This document shows, piece after piece, positions 43,894-53,633 of a stretch of DNA of 64,000 nt. This DNA comes from an uncultured Hyphomicrobiales bacterium (GTDB taxonomy: Bacteria; Bacteroidota; Ignavibacteria; Kapaibacteriales; UBA2268): positions 44,882 to 108,881 of the forward strand of contig CAZDXB010000007.1 in NCBI GenBank assembly GCA_964509335.1, written 5' to 3'. Numbering within the stretch: the first letter of the stretch is position 1; every line of letters begins with the position of its first letter. Made by a program: the position numbers and the translations under genes. The notes below the pieces were generated by a model, which did not search any database, was not told the origin of the DNA, and worked only from the letters and a program-made list of their open reading frames with translations.

Positions 43894-43943
43894 GACGCGG
43901 AGCGTCTCAATATGCGTTCCGCCGCGGGAGCGGGCGGAACGAG
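43894..43943 (-). repeat. REP-like element family 1, copy f (reverse orientation)
   Basis: Reverse complement reads GTTCCGCCCGCTCCCGCGGCGGAACGCATATTGAGACGCTCCGCGTC. It lies ~80 bp downstream of the minus-strand metalloprotease stop, in matching orientation. Confidence 0.8.
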
Positions 43944-44020
43944 CCGAGTAAACGGGGTATCCCTTCTACTAGTCGTTGTAGAGACGCAAAATTTTGCGTC
44001 TCTACTTTTTCAGCTTCGAA

Positions 44021-47000
44021 TTATTGTTGCTTAACTATTAATTTACCGCCGCCTATTCTTTCGCCGTCGATAATCTTATAGAAATACATTCCGGGCGCGA
44101 CTGAGTTGTTTTGAGAGTCCGTCGCGTCCCAAACGACGGTTTGAATTCCTTGAGAGAGCTTGTTTGCTTCTATAGTTTTGATTTTGCTTCCTAAGGAATT
44201 ATAGATTAAAACTTTCGTTCGCTCCGGTTTGTCCGAATAAAACGAAATCGTCGTTTTATAAGTGAGCGGGTTAGGCGAAGCTTTATATTTGCTCAAACTT
44301 AAATCGCTTTCGTCATCAACTGAATATGCTAAACTCGCCGTTAGAACTTCGAAATCGTCTATAAGAGCGTCGGTAAATGAAGCTGGGTATCCCCCTTGAC
44401 CGGGTTTCCCGTAAAACAAAAACTTCATCTGGAATTCGCTTAAATCGTCGCCTATAACTTGAATTGGCAACAGAAGTTGTCCCCATTGGAAATTCCCTTG
44501 CTGTAATTGTTCGGTAACTGACCAGCTGTCGCCGCCGTTCGTAGAATGATATATTATTAAAGACGATTGTCCGTTTTGAAATAGCGGCACGTTTGAATAG
44601 AAATAGTAAAAACGAATTAAGGGATTGCGCAAAGGAGATAAATCCAGCACGGGAGTAAACAAAGTTGTTCTTCCGTCCGGAGTGCTTTGAATCATTTGCA
44701 TTATATTTCCGCCGCCTTCAGCTCCCGTAACCGCGCAAATATTTCCAAATTGGGTATGGTCGTTTTCCGGTTGTATAGGAATTTGGGTTCCTTGGATGTT
44801 AAGAGTGTATCCTCTTGGGTTGTCTATTTCCCATTCGCCTTTGTTCGCGTTATCGTTGGCGTCTCCAATCGACCAATCAGGAGCGTTATCTTCAAAATCT
44901 TCCAAATAAGCGGACTTATATCCGACTAAAAATCTATAAGGTTGAAACGAGGAAATATCTTTTGTAAGCGTTAGCTCGGCGTCGGAATACTTGTCTTTCG
45001 CTTCCATATAATAAGAAACTATCGTTCCAGCCTCCAGAGCCGGAATTTCCGCCCTGAATTTTCCTTCTTCGTATTCTACGGCTTCAACGGTATTTTGGGT
45101 TGTCATCCCGTCCGTCGAATAAATTAACTTTACGTCGTAAGGGTCGTTGTCGAGGAATTCCAGAGGATTGTTAAGCGTGAATTCCGCTACGTAAGGGCTC
45201 TCGGTTTCCTGCGTGTCTTCTAATGGGTCGTGATTGTAAGTGGTTCTGACTAACAAACTAGTTCCAATATTATGATTTCCGAAGGATTCAATAATTTCAT
45301 CGTCGTGCGGAGTTCCGTTTGACAAATCGTTGTCGCCCTCGGGACCGCTATCGTCCGTTATTAATGTTTCTAAAAACCATTCGGCGAAAGCTATAGCAAT
45401 GTCGGGGTCGTCGGGAGTTCCCATTTTTTTAGTATAATGCGAAATCCATCTGCCGTAATCCAAAGAAGTCATTTCGCGCAAATCCCAAAGGGAACCTCCT
45501 AGTATTAAACCGTTAATGTGGGAGTCGCTTTCTAAATCGTCAGGGTATTTATTGTTGTTTTTTAGATTTCGTATTACTTTATTAGTGTCTGCGAACGCCT
45601 TGTATCCTATTTTATTATCGTCTAATAAAAAGCCGGCGTAAATGTCCGCCAAAGCCTCGTGGCAAGACATATTAACCATGCCTTGATACGCTCCGACCTC
45701 GTAATATAATTGTTGGTTAACGGTATGACCGTATTCGTGATACAAAATGCCCGCCGTTAAGGGGAAACGATAACTAGGGTTTGAAATACCGGTAAAAGTA
45801 ATATTAGACTCAAGGTCCGACATCGCGTTTGGCGTGGATTGCTCCGTCAAAGTTACGGTTATTTGATAATCGACGGCTTCGGATTCCGGATCCAATGTTT
45901 TATAATAACTATGCGCGTTGTTTGTGTGGTGGTATAAACTTCTTTCGTATATGTGCGAATTATCGTCGTCCCAGAGTAACTCGAAATCCTCTCCGGGCGT
46001 TACGTTCCCCGAATAATTTGCGGAAGCTTTTCCGTCAAAAACTACTTTCGCCCAAGTTCCCGCAAGTCTCGCGGTAATAGAAGATTCTTCGCTAATATCT
46101 TTAAAAATTTCGCCGTTTTCGTCTGTGTAAACGTTATCTCCGTCTATTGTAGTTTTTAAATTTCCGAAAGGTTTAACGGTGGTTTCGTCTTCTGAAGTTC
46201 TTTCTTTTATTCCGCCTTTGGCGGTAATTTTAGTCTGCGCTCTAGTTATCATATCGCGTCGCCATACGATATCCGAGGAATGAGCGTCCACGAATGATTT
46301 GTATTTGAATGGGATTCCAATTTTGCAGCCCTCGACAAGTATATCGTAAACTAGGCTGTAATTAACTCCGTTTTTAGTTTTTACCGGCAGAACGTAAAGC
46401 TTCCCAGCCGACTGGATTTTTGCTTTTTTGTCGTCGATATTCAATCCTTTTGTAGCGGCGTTCTTCGCCGTTTGGATATTTACCTTCGGTTCGGTCGGTA
46501 TATTTATATCCTCGTAATACTGAACGCCTAAAGCGGAAACTTTGCCGTCGGTTCTTATTCTTAACTCTACTTCGGTTAACAACACTTCGATTCCGTTGTA
46601 AGTTTGAGCGTAAGAAAGCGACCATAAGTCGTTAATCTTGATTTTCTTAGTTAGTTTCAGGTTTTCTGTATTCAAATCAAGCAAATCGGAGTATTCGTTC
46701 AAGAAACGCAAAGCCGCCGACTCGACGTTTTCTTCCGTTATATCGTAATATCCGTTTATCTGAATCGGTTTTCCGAAAGCTCTATGGGCGTCGCCGGTTA
46801 AATTATCAAATAATATAGTCCAAGACGGATTATTCTCTTTAAATTTATTCCATTTTTGCTGTTGGAAATTCGGTTTGGCGGTTAAACCTACAGAGTTTTG
46901 AAAAGATTCTGTCGGCAATTGAATAGCTCCAGAATTTATGGTCCCCGGCGAATTGTTTTCTAATTTTTCTCCGGTAATCGCGAAAGCGTGAAGCGCCGCA

Positions 47001-47041
47001 AATATAAGCGCGATAAACAAAGCGGAAGCGAACTTTTTCAT
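44021..47041 (-). CDS. Secreted thermolysin-like (M4/M36-type) zinc metalloprotease with T9SS C-terminal sorting domain
   Basis: 1006 aa, signal peptide. HExxH (GILYHEYGHTVNQQL) with the third zinc ligand in HEALADIYAGF ~28 residues on, comparable to thermolysin NEAISDIFG. N-terminal propeptide-like region. C-terminal ...VLIYNSLGSKIKTIEAN...GMYFYKIIDGERIGGGKLIVKQQ CTD. Confidence 0.65.
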   Translation of the reverse strand: MKKFASALFIALIFAALHAFAITGEKLENNSPGTINSGAIQLPTESFQNSVGLTAKPNFQQQKWNKFKENNPSWTILFDNLTGDAHRAFGKPIQINGYYDITEENVESAALRFLNEYSDLLDLNTENLKLTKKIKINDLWSLSYAQTYNGIEVLLTEVELRIRTDGKVSALGVQYYEDINIPTEPKVNIQTAKNAATKGLNIDDKKAKIQSAGKLYVLPVKTKNGVNYSLVYDILVEGCKIGIPFKYKSFVDAHSSDIVWRRDMITRAQTKITAKGGIKERTSEDETTVKPFGNLKTTIDGDNVYTDENGEIFKDISEESSITARLAGTWAKVVFDGKASANYSGNVTPGEDFELLWDDDNSHIYERSLYHHTNNAHSYYKTLDPESEAVDYQITVTLTEQSTPNAMSDLESNITFTGISNPSYRFPLTAGILYHEYGHTVNQQLYYEVGAYQGMVNMSCHEALADIYAGFLLDDNKIGYKAFADTNKVIRNLKNNNKYPDDLESDSHINGLILGGSLWDLREMTSLDYGRWISHYTKKMGTPDDPDIAIAFAEWFLETLITDDSGPEGDNDLSNGTPHDDEIIESFGNHNIGTSLLVRTTYNHDPLEDTQETESPYVAEFTLNNPLEFLDNDPYDVKLIYSTDGMTTQNTVEAVEYEEGKFRAEIPALEAGTIVSYYMEAKDKYSDAELTLTKDISSFQPYRFLVGYKSAYLEDFEDNAPDWSIGDANDNANKGEWEIDNPRGYTLNIQGTQIPIQPENDHTQFGNICAVTGAEGGGNIMQMIQSTPDGRTTLFTPVLDLSPLRNPLIRFYYFYSNVPLFQNGQSSLIIYHSTNGGDSWSVTEQLQQGNFQWGQLLLPIQVIGDDLSEFQMKFLFYGKPGQGGYPASFTDALIDDFEVLTASLAYSVDDESDLSLSKYKASPNPLTYKTTISFYSDKPERTKVLIYNSLGSKIKTIEANKLSQGIQTVVWDATDSQNNSVAPGMYFYKIIDGERIGGGKLIVKQQ

Positions 47042-47337
47042 ACTAGTCCTCTGAATTATTGTTACTGTAGAATTACGTTCAATATAGTATTAAGACACAT
47101 AAATTAATTAAAAGTTACAAAAAGGCAAGATAATGAAAAATTCAGCCAATTTGCAAAACAAATTCGATAGTTATTACATAACCCCGCAGTTATATATAAA
47201 TTAACGTATTAGAACGTAAATATTTTATAAAAAAAGCCCGAAAGCGCCGCGGCGTTTCAGGCTTACAACTTCAAGAGGACTTTAAGGTCTAACCTTGACA
47301 GAGAATACGAACGCTTTCAAAAAAAGTTTCAAAAAAA

Positions 47338-48447
47338 TTAACGCCAATTAATAAGCATCGAAAAACGCATAGTGTTCGCTAGCGGATGGTTCGCTTCGAC
47401 AGTGTTAATGTAACTGAAGTCAAGCTGGAACATATCGTAACGAACTCCGGCGCCGAAATTATAAAACTTTCTGTTGCCTAAGGTGGAAGGCTCCCAGAAA
47501 TAGCCTCCTCTAAGAGCGACGAGATGTTGGTACCAATACTCCAATCCGAAAGAAACTTCCGCTCCGGGATTTTCCCAGCCGGTGATTAAAGATTTCGGCA
47601 ACGGGTCGGAGTCGATAGAATCTCTTTTGACTAATAGCTTCGAAACGTCAAAAGCGAACTTCAATTCGTTAAATTCGTTTTCGAATACTTTAATTGCCGT
47701 GCCGACTCTCAAAGTAGTGGGAAGCGGGTCGGCTTCGTTTCTGTAAGTCATTTTCGGACCTACGTTCTGGATATTAAAACCTAAAGCGATTCTGTCCCGA
47801 ATAGGAAGTCCGAAAACGTTCAAATCTTGCGGCGACCACAGTATGCCCAAATCAAAAGCGCCGCTGATTCCGGTGCCGGCTCCTTCGTTCTGTCCGGGAG
47901 CGGCGGGCGCTAAGTTCGATTGTATATATTTAAGTTGAACTCCGACAGCTAAGTCTCTCGCCACTATTGTTCCGTAAGCGATATTAAAAGCGAATTCGCT
48001 CGAAAGGAATTTTCCGAGAACTCTGCCGCTTTCGTGAGTTCTGGTAAATTCGCCTAAGTTCATAAAAGTAAAATTAGCGGCGACGGTTCCGTCGAGTTCT
48101 TCGAAGAATTGACCGAATGTTCCGTAACTGTAAAATAAATCAGCGTTAAATTGCGGCAGCCATCGCGAAAAGGCGAACGCTATTTGCCTCCAAGGGCTGT
48201 AGTCGTCCGGGTTTGTCGGATTCACGAAATAGTCGTGAAACCCTAAACCGGCGGGATTCCAGTAAATAGCGTTTATATCGTCGGCTATTGCCGTGCCTAC
48301 CTCGCCCATTCCGCTAGCTCTGGCGTCGGGTGAAATCAATAGGAAGGGAACGGCGGCGCCGCCCGCTTGCGATTTCGCTACGTTTGTGGAAAACCCAAAA
48401 ACTAGTAGGGCTATTAGTATGATTTTTAGTTTGCTTAACCGTTTCAT
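47338..48447 (-). CDS. porV: T9SS outer-membrane shuttle protein PorV (LptO) family, FadL-like beta-barrel
   Basis: 369 aa, signal peptide. N-terminal AAVPFLLISPDARASGMGEVGTAIADD, as in PorV-family proteins. Immediately downstream of a C25-peptidase PorU-like gene, the canonical porU-porV order. Ends in aromatic ...LINWR. Confidence 0.65.
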   Translation of the reverse strand: MKRLSKLKIILIALLVFGFSTNVAKSQAGGAAVPFLLISPDARASGMGEVGTAIADDINAIYWNPAGLGFHDYFVNPTNPDDYSPWRQIAFAFSRWLPQFNADLFYSYGTFGQFFEELDGTVAANFTFMNLGEFTRTHESGRVLGKFLSSEFAFNIAYGTIVARDLAVGVQLKYIQSNLAPAAPGQNEGAGTGISGAFDLGILWSPQDLNVFGLPIRDRIALGFNIQNVGPKMTYRNEADPLPTTLRVGTAIKVFENEFNELKFAFDVSKLLVKRDSIDSDPLPKSLITGWENPGAEVSFGLEYWYQHLVALRGGYFWEPSTLGNRKFYNFGAGVRYDMFQLDFSYINTVEANHPLANTMRFSMLINWR

Positions 48448-48508
48448 CTTTATTCCTCCTAAATTTTATTTTAATAATTTATTTTCATTTATTCCAAAAA
48501 TAATACCA

Positions 48509-51500
48509 TTATTTGATAATATTCAAAAAATTTGTTGATTCTACCATAATTCCGTCTTTATTTATCGCTTTTAGACGATAATAATAAGCTCCGCTAGTTA
48601 GATTTTTTCCGTTGTCGTCTTGGCAATTCCAACGTATTTCGGTTTTATATTTCGTTTGCGCTTCGCTCGATAGGGTAGATACGATTCTGCCCAAAGCGTC
48701 GCGCACGGTAATTTCGTAATCGAACGGCGGGTTTATAGTGTGATTAAAACTGAAAGTCAAGCTTGAACTAGCGGGATTTGGATAGGTCGTAAGATTATGA
48801 ATAATCAATCCGTCGCAAGACGCGGTTCTGAAGTAGGTCTCGGTTATCGAAAAGTTGTTGAACACGTCCCAAGCGCGAATTTTTATTTTATGTAGCCCGG
48901 GTTCCAAATCATACAGGATTTTTGTCGCTTCTCCCGAACGTGAATCTCCGAAAGAAGCGGAGAAGTTATCAGTTAAATCGATAGATTTGCGCGCGTCGTC
49001 TATCCAAGCTTCGATATTATGTCCTAAACCTATGCCTGTGGCGTTAATGCCGCTCTCGTCTGATAGCTCGACGATTAGCGTAGGCTCGCAACTAACGTAA
49101 TCGCCGGAAACGAACTCTTTTGAGTCTAAATAAACTTCGATTTCCGGTCCTCTGGAATCTGCGTGTGTGGTAGTATCAAGCCCGTCTATTATAAATTTGC
49201 GAGTGTCGCCTTTAGCAAATCTGTCGTCGTCGGAGTAAGCGTAAACTAAAAGTCTGCCGGGTTCGCCGGAAAAACTAATATCCTTCGGAATAATAAACTC
49301 GCTCGTAAATTTTCCGTTCTTAACTTCGCAGGAGCTTTGGTTTAGCGTTCCGCCGTATTTTGTGAAATGATGAGTCGTGCCGTTCGGAGAGCCGTCGTCT
49401 TCGAAAGCTCTTATTTGTTTGTCGCTATCGAGCATAGTGATTATTGCCGTTCCGTTGAATGTTTCGTCCGTAACGGTTGAAGACGCAGAAGTTACGCTTC
49501 CTTCAATCGTTACTTCCGACAAACCTTTCAATTTAGCCGTGTCTCCTTTTGATACGTTTACGTCGTTAATCTTGTTAATACGAGCGTTGTATTCGGGAAT
49601 TAGTATTTTTATCGTGGGGTCGCCGAGCAAACAGTATTTTTTGTCGTTCCTTTTATACTTTTCGTATTTTGTAATCATATTCACTACGCCTAAAGAGAAA
49701 TATTCGCCCGTTTCTTCGTTTTTTTCGAAGAAATTTCGGTAAAGAGTTTCGTTAAGCCTAGCGTTTGGGTCTGCAAATACGAGTCTCGTCGAAGAGAAAA
49801 CGCCTATGGCTCCGCCTCGCTCGCTAAGCAATAATTCTTCGGCGCCGCTTCTTATCTCCGGCGAATCGAATCGTCCGAAGTCGCAACTGGCGGCGGTGGC
49901 GAAAAATAATTTATCGAGATTAGTGAATTGCGGAATCGTTAAACTCCTCTCTAAGATTTCTTCGTGCGCCCAAACTCTTGGATTTCCGTGTCCAATATAG
50001 CATAAGAATAAGTTGCCGTCGTTATTGGAAGCCGAGAGCATTTCCTGAGTTACGCGCGGTTTTCTTTTGCCGCCGGTAACGCTTTCGCTTGGATATTCTG
50101 CCATATAGATTTTATTTACTCGCAAAAAATTCGGGAGATGATTTCTACATAGCTGTTCAGCGTCGTTTGTATGCAAGGTTCCGTCGGTAGAACCGCTTTT
50201 TTTCCAGCTATCGTCGGCGACGACCGTTATATTAGTTCTCCAAGAGTCCTCGCTCGATTCGTTTTCGTATTTACCGATTTTTTCTATCATCCAATTTCCC
50301 TCGCCGTTGGATTGAACGGGGATTCTGCCCAGCGCTATATCGATTAAGTCGTCGTCGCCCGCTATATTGGCGAAAAAGTCGTCGCTTGTGTAAGAATCAA
50401 TTTCGTCGTAAGAAAAAGAACTATTCGGTATTTGATAAGTCGGCGCGTAATTTTTCTCGTCCGTTCCTATTAACTTATAGTCGTAATGCCCGTCGCCCCA
50501 AAGCAAAACATATTTCGGCTTGCGCTCCCAACGGTCGAAAGCGTCCGCTATAAAATCTCTTATCGCCGTCGGGTCGGGCGTTCCTGAATTATATTCGTTG
50601 TAAATTTGAGTCAATGTCGCTATAAAAACTGAAATGTTCGAGCGCTCTTCTCTATATTCTTTATAATTGTTCGCCGATTCGAGTAAGTCTTTATGCGTTA
50701 TTAAAATTAAGTCAGAGCCTTTGCTCTCGCCCCTTAAGTTAGCGAATTCGGCTATTTGCAGAGACGGTTCTTTTATTTTTGAAGAAATGAAAAACTTCTT
50801 AGGACGATTTGCTTCCGTCTCGTTTTTAAAGCGGAACATTCCGCCGGTAACCGCTTTGTTTTCGATTAGTTTCGGATTCGCCGCGTCGGTTGTTTCAAAA
50901 CCGTAGATTTCCCCGCCGGAAAAGCCGTTTGTTAAGTATTCAACTACTCCGTCGTTTTCGGGATTTGAAAAGAAACTTAATTCATTGTTTATCGGCTCTA
51001 GATAGGCGGGATAGTGGATTTCATACCAATCGAAGTATCCTTGCGCTCCGCCGTCGCCGGAATAGTTTGTGTATTCAAATTTCAACGAGCTTCTGTTGTC
51101 AGCCGATACGTAGGAGGCGGGAGCTTTCGCGGTAACTTCTTCTCGTTCGGCGTCGTCGTGTCCCGAAGTTATTTTTAAATGCGCCTCGCATAACTTGTTG
51201 TCGTTTTCGTAGATGTCGAAAGTTCCAGTGTAGGGAGCGCGGTGCGCCACTGAAAAGCGGTAGAATATTTCGCCGTCTCTTTTCAAATTATTTAGTCGCT
51301 CGACAAACACAGCCGGCAACAAGTTCCTGCCGAACCAAGCCCTTCCCGAACCCGCGATATAAGCGTTGTGCATCTCTTCTTCGTAAAATATTCTTCTGGT
51401 ATAGGTATTCGGTTCGTAATCGGCTTCATATGTCGGTTGAACAATCGGTTCGGCTCTTTTGCCCGAATCGCCCGACCAAGTCAACATATAATAAGAGTTC

Positions 51501-52543
51501 TCGCTGAAATGGTTTATGTAATGACGGAATCCATTTGCGGAGTCGTATTTAAAACCCGAAGCGGGCGAGGCGTAAAAGATTATTTTATCCAGCGTTCCGT
51601 CGCCTTTTTTTTTGACGATTATTTCTTGTTCGTTCATTTCGTTGTTTACCGCGTCGGTTACGTTTTCGCTTAATTGCAAACCGCCGTTTCCGTAAATCTT
51701 TATTTTATGGATGTCTTCTTTGGGTATTAAAAATCCCAAGTTGTTTAATTTTCCTGCGGTTATTTGATAAACGCCCTCTTCCTCGATTTTTATTTTTACC
51801 CAGTCAGCGTCTGTTTCCGATTGAGTGTGGGATTTTTTAAGCGACAAGTCCGATTCTAAATTTTCTTTTATCAGCCAAGATTTAGTTTCGTTGTGGTTTA
51901 AGGAAAGGGGCGGGTCGAATATTCGTTCATTATTATAATAAGCGCCGCCTTCAGATTGGCTGTTGAATTTAATCTCGACGGTAATTTTTTTGGGGATTAA
52001 TATCGCTTTTTGTTCGGAAGAATATTTAGCGGCAATCAATTGAAGTTTTGCTAAGTGGCGATGACGGGAAATCCCCGAATACGATAATTTCGCCCAAACG
52101 ATATTGTTGTTTCGCCTGTAATCTTGCTCGTCGGTTATATAAATAGCGTGATAATTCCCGTCCAATTTATAGCGCATAGGGTAGGGAACGATTTTAACCG
52201 GAATTTTCTTAAACCCTGAAATATCATAATCGATTAACTCGAATCCTTCGGGATTTGGAACGGTTATGAAACTTTCGCCGACATACGTAGTCGGCGCGCC
52301 CGCTCCGCCGTTAAGAGAAGTCGCGTTGGTGAATTTTGGACGGACTAATCTTTGCCCGTCGGCGGCGTCGATAGTGTCTAACGCGACAAAATCAGGCTTG
52401 AAAACAAGCGTCAAACTTTGCTTGTTGGAATGAACGACTTGCCAGCCGTCTTTTGCCGATGATATAGAATAAGCGCTCGCGGTTAAAAAAGTAAAAGCCG
52501 CGACTATATATAGAGCCTTTTTAAGTTTACTTAAAATCTTCAT
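48509..52543 (-). CDS. porU: T9SS C-terminal signal peptidase PorU-like (gingipain-family C25 peptidase domain + CTD)
   Basis: 1344 aa, signal peptide. C25-like catalytic region with His (LFLCYIGHGNPRVWAHEEIL) and Cys (FFATAASCDFGRFD). YVLLWGDGHYDYK region. C-terminal CTD-like ...LIIHNLTTYPNPASSSLTFSFN...FLNIIK. Confidence 0.7.
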   Translation of the reverse strand: MKILSKLKKALYIVAAFTFLTASAYSISSAKDGWQVVHSNKQSLTLVFKPDFVALDTIDAADGQRLVRPKFTNATSLNGGAGAPTTYVGESFITVPNPEGFELIDYDISGFKKIPVKIVPYPMRYKLDGNYHAIYITDEQDYRRNNNIVWAKLSYSGISRHRHLAKLQLIAAKYSSEQKAILIPKKITVEIKFNSQSEGGAYYNNERIFDPPLSLNHNETKSWLIKENLESDLSLKKSHTQSETDADWVKIKIEEEGVYQITAGKLNNLGFLIPKEDIHKIKIYGNGGLQLSENVTDAVNNEMNEQEIIVKKKGDGTLDKIIFYASPASGFKYDSANGFRHYINHFSENSYYMLTWSGDSGKRAEPIVQPTYEADYEPNTYTRRIFYEEEMHNAYIAGSGRAWFGRNLLPAVFVERLNNLKRDGEIFYRFSVAHRAPYTGTFDIYENDNKLCEAHLKITSGHDDAEREEVTAKAPASYVSADNRSSLKFEYTNYSGDGGAQGYFDWYEIHYPAYLEPINNELSFFSNPENDGVVEYLTNGFSGGEIYGFETTDAANPKLIENKAVTGGMFRFKNETEANRPKKFFISSKIKEPSLQIAEFANLRGESKGSDLILITHKDLLESANNYKEYREERSNISVFIATLTQIYNEYNSGTPDPTAIRDFIADAFDRWERKPKYVLLWGDGHYDYKLIGTDEKNYAPTYQIPNSSFSYDEIDSYTSDDFFANIAGDDDLIDIALGRIPVQSNGEGNWMIEKIGKYENESSEDSWRTNITVVADDSWKKSGSTDGTLHTNDAEQLCRNHLPNFLRVNKIYMAEYPSESVTGGKRKPRVTQEMLSASNNDGNLFLCYIGHGNPRVWAHEEILERSLTIPQFTNLDKLFFATAASCDFGRFDSPEIRSGAEELLLSERGGAIGVFSSTRLVFADPNARLNETLYRNFFEKNEETGEYFSLGVVNMITKYEKYKRNDKKYCLLGDPTIKILIPEYNARINKINDVNVSKGDTAKLKGLSEVTIEGSVTSASSTVTDETFNGTAIITMLDSDKQIRAFEDDGSPNGTTHHFTKYGGTLNQSSCEVKNGKFTSEFIIPKDISFSGEPGRLLVYAYSDDDRFAKGDTRKFIIDGLDTTTHADSRGPEIEVYLDSKEFVSGDYVSCEPTLIVELSDESGINATGIGLGHNIEAWIDDARKSIDLTDNFSASFGDSRSGEATKILYDLEPGLHKIKIRAWDVFNNFSITETYFRTASCDGLIIHNLTTYPNPASSSLTFSFNHTINPPFDYEITVRDALGRIVSTLSSEAQTKYKTEIRWNCQDDNGKNLTSGAYYYRLKAINKDGIMVESTNFLNIIK

Positions 52544-52715
52544 AGTATTCCCGTTGAACTTAACGTCAAACTTAATTATTTAATCCGTAACAAAGGCTCT
52601 ATAAACGCGACTTCTTTTGTTTGAAATACTTAACTCAAAGATAATACAAAATTTCTTTTTTCAAAAACTTTTTTATAAGACGGAAGTGAATAACTTATAT
52701 TATTGGTATAAATAA

Positions 52716-52755
52716 AAAAATGCCTCGCCATCGGGGGGAATGACGGCAAGGCACG
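52716..52755 (-). terminator. Terminator-like hairpin downstream of tRNA-Gly (minus strand), followed by T7
   Basis: TGCCTCGCCATCGGGGGGAATGACGGCAAGGCA forms an imperfect stem, and the minus-strand reading is followed by TTTTTTTATT. Confidence 0.5.
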
Positions 52756-52789
52756 CAGCATAAAGAGGAAATGACGACGTGGGCCGTCG

Positions 52790-52862
52790 AGCGAAAGACG
52801 AGATTCGAACTCGCGACCCCAACCTTGGCAAGGTTGTGCTCTACCAGCTGAGCTACTTTCGC
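52790..52862 (-). tRNA. tRNA-Gly (anticodon GCC)
   Basis: The reverse complement GCGAAAGTAGCTCAGCTGGTAGAGCACAACCTTGCCAAGGTTGGGGTCGCGAGTTCGAATCTCGTCTTTCGCT folds as a cloverleaf. 7-bp acceptor stem, D-arm GCTC/GAGC, anticodon stem CAACC/GGTTG with loop TTGCCAA (anticodon GCC), T-arm GCGAG-TTCGAAT-CTCGT. Confidence 0.85.
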
Positions 52863-52917
52863 TTAATTACTTCCTCATATTTCAAAGGACAATTCTAATT
52901 TAAAATTATTTTAGCTT

Positions 52918-53547
52918 CTATCCAAATTTTTTTTCAAAAACCTCAGAACATTCGTTTTTTAATCTATCAAAATCAATTTCAGCGCCAATTTCCCGTTCTA
53001 TGGAAGTTATTTCTTTATCCTTTATGCCGCAAGGCGTTATGTAATCGAACTCGTCTATATTATTTTTGGCGTTAAGGGCGAATCCGTGCGAAGTTACCCA
53101 TTTGGAGCAATGCAACCCCATAGCGCATATTTTTCTTTCGCCGCCGACCCAAACCCCCGTAAGCCCTTTCATTCTATCTGATTCTATGCCGTAGAGACTC
53201 AACAAGTCTATAATCGCTCCTTCAATTTCTCTTAGAAACCAATGCAAATCTTCTTTATAGTCCGACAAATTGAAAATTGGATATCCGACAAGCTGACCGG
53301 GGTTGTGCAAAGTTACGTCTCCGCCTCTGTCGTTATGTATTATTTTGACGCCGCGGGATTCGAGAAAGGAACGCGCGCTCAGAACGTTTGTTTCCGAGCC
53401 TGTTCTGCCGATAGTGATTACGGTCGGATGCTCGCACAATATGAGAACGCTTCGGTTTCTTTTCGCCTTTATATCCTCGGCTAATTCTCTTTGCCGCCGC
53501 CAACCTTCTTTGTAATCTATTAGACCCCAGTCTTGTATTTCTATCAT
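52918..53547 (-). CDS. lipB: Lipoyl(octanoyl) transferase LipB
   Basis: LILCEHPTVITIGR, DRGGDVTLHNPGQLVGYP and KICAMGLH (catalytic Lys context) are canonical LipB motifs. Confidence 0.9.
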   Translation of the reverse strand: MIEIQDWGLIDYKEGWRRQRELAEDIKAKRNRSVLILCEHPTVITIGRTGSETNVLSARSFLESRGVKIIHNDRGGDVTLHNPGQLVGYPIFNLSDYKEDLHWFLREIEGAIIDLLSLYGIESDRMKGLTGVWVGGERKICAMGLHCSKWVTSHGFALNAKNNIDEFDYITPCGIKDKEITSIEREIGAEIDFDRLKNECSEVFEKKFG

Positions 53548-53559
53548 TTTCGTTGTTTA

Positions 53560-53603
53560 GTAGGGGCTGAAAATCTTCAGCCCCTACAATCTTCAGCCCC
53601 TAC
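53560..53603. repeat. GTAG-type REP palindrome family 4, 1.5-unit copy
   Basis: GTAGGGGCTGAAAATCTTCAGCCCCTACAATCTTCAGCCCCTAC between lipB and lpd. Confidence 0.7.
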
Positions 53604-53633
53604 ATTATATTACAATTATACTATACAATTTTA

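Noticed and set aside
52564-52789. Possible second tRNA or ncRNA between porU and tRNA-Gly
   Set aside because: Only one cloverleaf could be folded. The rest is an AT-rich promoter region plus a terminator-like hairpin.
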